Below are positions 36,060 through 38,014 of a stretch of DNA of 38,014 bases, piece after piece. The translations under genes and the position numbers were made by a program. Source of the DNA: a virus; the UHGV virus genome UHGV-0042156. One strand, written 5' to 3'. The notes below the pieces were generated by a model that saw only the letters and a list, made by a program, of their open reading frames with translations, was not told the DNA's origin and made no database searches. Each line of letters starts with the position of its first letter. Position 1 is the stretch's first letter.

Positions 36060-37964
36060 ATGTCAGACATTACACCCAATGTTGTAGTGAGTATGCCTTC
36101 GCAACTCTTCACTATGGCTCGTTCTTTTAAAGCCGTAGCTAATGGTAAAATTTATATCGGTAAAATTGACACTGACCCGGTAAATCCTGAAAACCAGATT
36201 CAGGTTTATGTGGAAAATGAAGACGGTTCTCACGTTCCTGTTTCGCAACCAATCATCATTAACGCTGCTGGATATCCGGTATATAACGGACAGATTGCCA
36301 AGTTCGTTACTGTGCAAGGCCATTCCATGGCTGTTTATGATGCGTATGGGGCGCAACAATTCTATTTTCCAAACGTATTGAAGTATGATCCAGATCAATT
36401 AGAAAGCAGGTTGTCGGAAACTAATAGTACAGTAATGATATCTGGAGTAACCGCATCAAAAATAGCAAGTAATGTTATTGCAACAGAATATCTTGAGTCG
36501 CCAAATGTATATGATGTGTTTGTTACGTATGGGCAGTCAAATAGCGCAGGTGAGGCTATTTTATCTGGCGATACGTCAGGCTTTCCTGCCGCTCTGCCGA
36601 AATCACTAATGTATGATTTTAGTGATGGAGCAATAAAGCCAATTATACAGAATGTGGTTAGTTCTTCTGGCGTTGCATCATCTGGACATGCATGGGGGGA
36701 ATTCGAGAATGAATGGTATCGCCTTAGCGGGCGCGGTTCAGTGGAGGTACACTGCGGCCGTGGCGCAACTACCATTGCACAGCTATCAAAAGGGACCACA
36801 TACTACACGCTGTTGGTAAATGCCGTGGCGTCAGCTAAACAGGCAATGATTGCCGCTGGTTTGCCTGTCGGTAAAACGTACGTGATGTACCACCAGGGTG
36901 AGTCGGATATGACGGCAGGGACAACATACAATGCTTATAGAGACAGCTTTATAGCCTTGATAGATGATCTGAAAACCGATATTAATTTTGATTTATTTTG
37001 TAATTTTACCGTTGGTTGCCCGGGGAACCGAACGGAAGAATCATGGGCTGCTATTCAAAATGCGCAAAGGTGGGTTTGTAATAGCAAGACTAACGCTGTG
37101 ACAGTATTTGACGGTTGCCCTTCATTTTTAAAAGGCGATGGCAATATTGGCACTACTGATGGAGGCGTTCACTATACGCAACGCGGTTACAATACAATGG
37201 GGCGAGAAGGTGCCAGAGGATTATGGTCATTAGTTAAAGGTGGGGCAAGCAATAAAACCTCAACCGATTTAGCACAATATTCAAATTTTGCCCCACCGTG
37301 GACAAGGGCGAAATTAGTCGCCGGTACTATTAAATACAGCAATGATAACGCTAAATGGGTTCTTTTATCTAAAGAAGTAAACAGTGAATGGAAAGTTTCC
37401 AATGCCCATAAATTAGTTGTTTCTGCTGATGGGGAATATTTTTCTGTAGAAATTGCAGACAATGCCGAAAACTGGTTTTATGCCGCCGCGGGCGTCGACC
37501 GCGCTACAGCTATAACAGGTGTCAGGTCCTACGCAGAACCTCTTCGTGTGGGAAATGCATTCACATTAAAAATTACTATGTATGCCGACGTTTCTTTCCT
37601 TGTTAATACAAAAACAGGAGTCATTCGTTATGGAAGACCGCCTTCAGGCTCTGGTGTCCCAGAGTGGATTAGAAATAATATCTCTGTTTCTGTGGTGAGT
37701 GCTGGCATCGTGGAAATAACGCATGGCCGCACTGCAACAATGCCATCAGCAACATATTACGCCACTAGTGACGGAACATTATCTGCGGCAAATGTATCTG
37801 TATATGCCGGGTCAACCACAACGACAAGAGTTTATTGTGATAAAGCAAACACTGATAATCCATGGGTGGTTGTTACACTTAGAGATTTACTAATTACTCC
37901 TGCCAACATGCAACATTACGATATTTCAATTAACTTTAACGGAATTTATGCGCCATCCGCATGA
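36060..37964 (+). CDS. Tailspike: P22-type head-binding domain fused to SASA/SGNH-like carbohydrate esterase domain
   Basis: [46 protein letters not shown] matches P22 gp9 head-binding domain; central [14 protein letters not shown] and DGGVHYT motifs resemble sialate-O-acetylesterase-type esterases; ORF-track start 35964 rejected. Confidence 0.85.
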   Translation: MSDITPNVVVSMPSQLFTMARSFKAVANGKIYIGKIDTDPVNPENQIQVYVENEDGSHVPVSQPIIINAAGYPVYNGQIAKFVTVQGHSMAVYDAYGAQQFYFPNVLKYDPDQLESRLSETNSTVMISGVTASKIASNVIATEYLESPNVYDVFVTYGQSNSAGEAILSGDTSGFPAALPKSLMYDFSDGAIKPIIQNVVSSSGVASSGHAWGEFENEWYRLSGRGSVEVHCGRGATTIAQLSKGTTYYTLLVNAVASAKQAMIAAGLPVGKTYVMYHQGESDMTAGTTYNAYRDSFIALIDDLKTDINFDLFCNFTVGCPGNRTEESWAAIQNAQRWVCNSKTNAVTVFDGCPSFLKGDGNIGTTDGGVHYTQRGYNTMGREGARGLWSLVKGGASNKTSTDLAQYSNFAPPWTRAKLVAGTIKYSNDNAKWVLLSKEVNSEWKVSNAHKLVVSADGEYFSVEIADNAENWFYAAAGVDRATAITGVRSYAEPLRVGNAFTLKITMYADVSFLVNTKTGVIRYGRPPSGSGVPEWIRNNISVSVVSAGIVEITHGRTATMPSATYYATSDGTLSAANVSVYAGSTTTTRVYCDKANTDNPWVVVTLRDLLITPANMQHYDISINFNGIYAPSA

Positions 37965-38014
37965 TATTTCGATGGTTATGTAATTAATATATTCTGTAGA
38001 ATAACCCCACATTA

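Larger units (their letters stand above)
1..38014. mobile_element. Lambdoid prophage (lambda/P22 mosaic), int end through tailspike
   Basis: Continuous phage gene order int-xis-early left-N-cI-cro-cII-O-replication-nin-Q-lysis-terminase-portal-coat-tail; window starts inside attP P-prime arm. Confidence 0.9.

Noticed and set aside
1-38014. CRISPR arrays, rRNA genes, IS elements
   Set aside because: No regularly spaced direct repeats, no rRNA-like conserved stretches, and no transposase-like ORF or terminal inverted repeats found on reading both strands.

Overview
The window is almost entirely one lambdoid prophage of an enterobacterial host (probably Escherichia/Shigella), read from the integrase end to the tailspike. 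It is a mosaic: the int-xis module, the late leader and the S-R-Rz/Rz1 lysis cassette match phage lambda as I recall it, whereas the recombination genes (erf), N, and the whole morphogenesis block (gp3, gp2, portal, scaffold, coat, gp4, gp10, gp26, gp14, gp7, gp20, gp16, tailspike) are P22-like. Gene order is: attP P-prime arm / int / xis / leftward early operon (Ea22-like, SSB-like, erf, kil, cIII-like, accessory genes, N) / OL / cI plus one co-transcribed gene / OR / cro / nutR / cII / O with ori iterons / primase-helicase / nin region / Q / late leader / lysis / three accessory genes / head and tail genes. There is a 90-N run at 9028..9117. The most interesting candidates for undescribed biology are: (1) an AT-rich 324-aa orphan gene insulated by terminators in the pL operon (6169..7143, minus strand); (2) an AT-rich single-pass membrane protein translationally coupled behind cI (9141..9437); (3) a stand-alone HslV/proteasome-beta-like Ntn-hydrolase between lysis and terminase genes (20842..21330); (4) three paralogous NUMOD4-HNH endonuclease genes, two of which sit next to a divergent AT-rich copy of part of the gene they interrupt (ninB and gene 10); (5) a P22-type tailspike whose receptor domain looks like a carbohydrate O-acetylesterase. 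All homology statements come from reading the translations and from memory of lambda/P22 sequences; no database search or computation was run, and GC statements are by eye.
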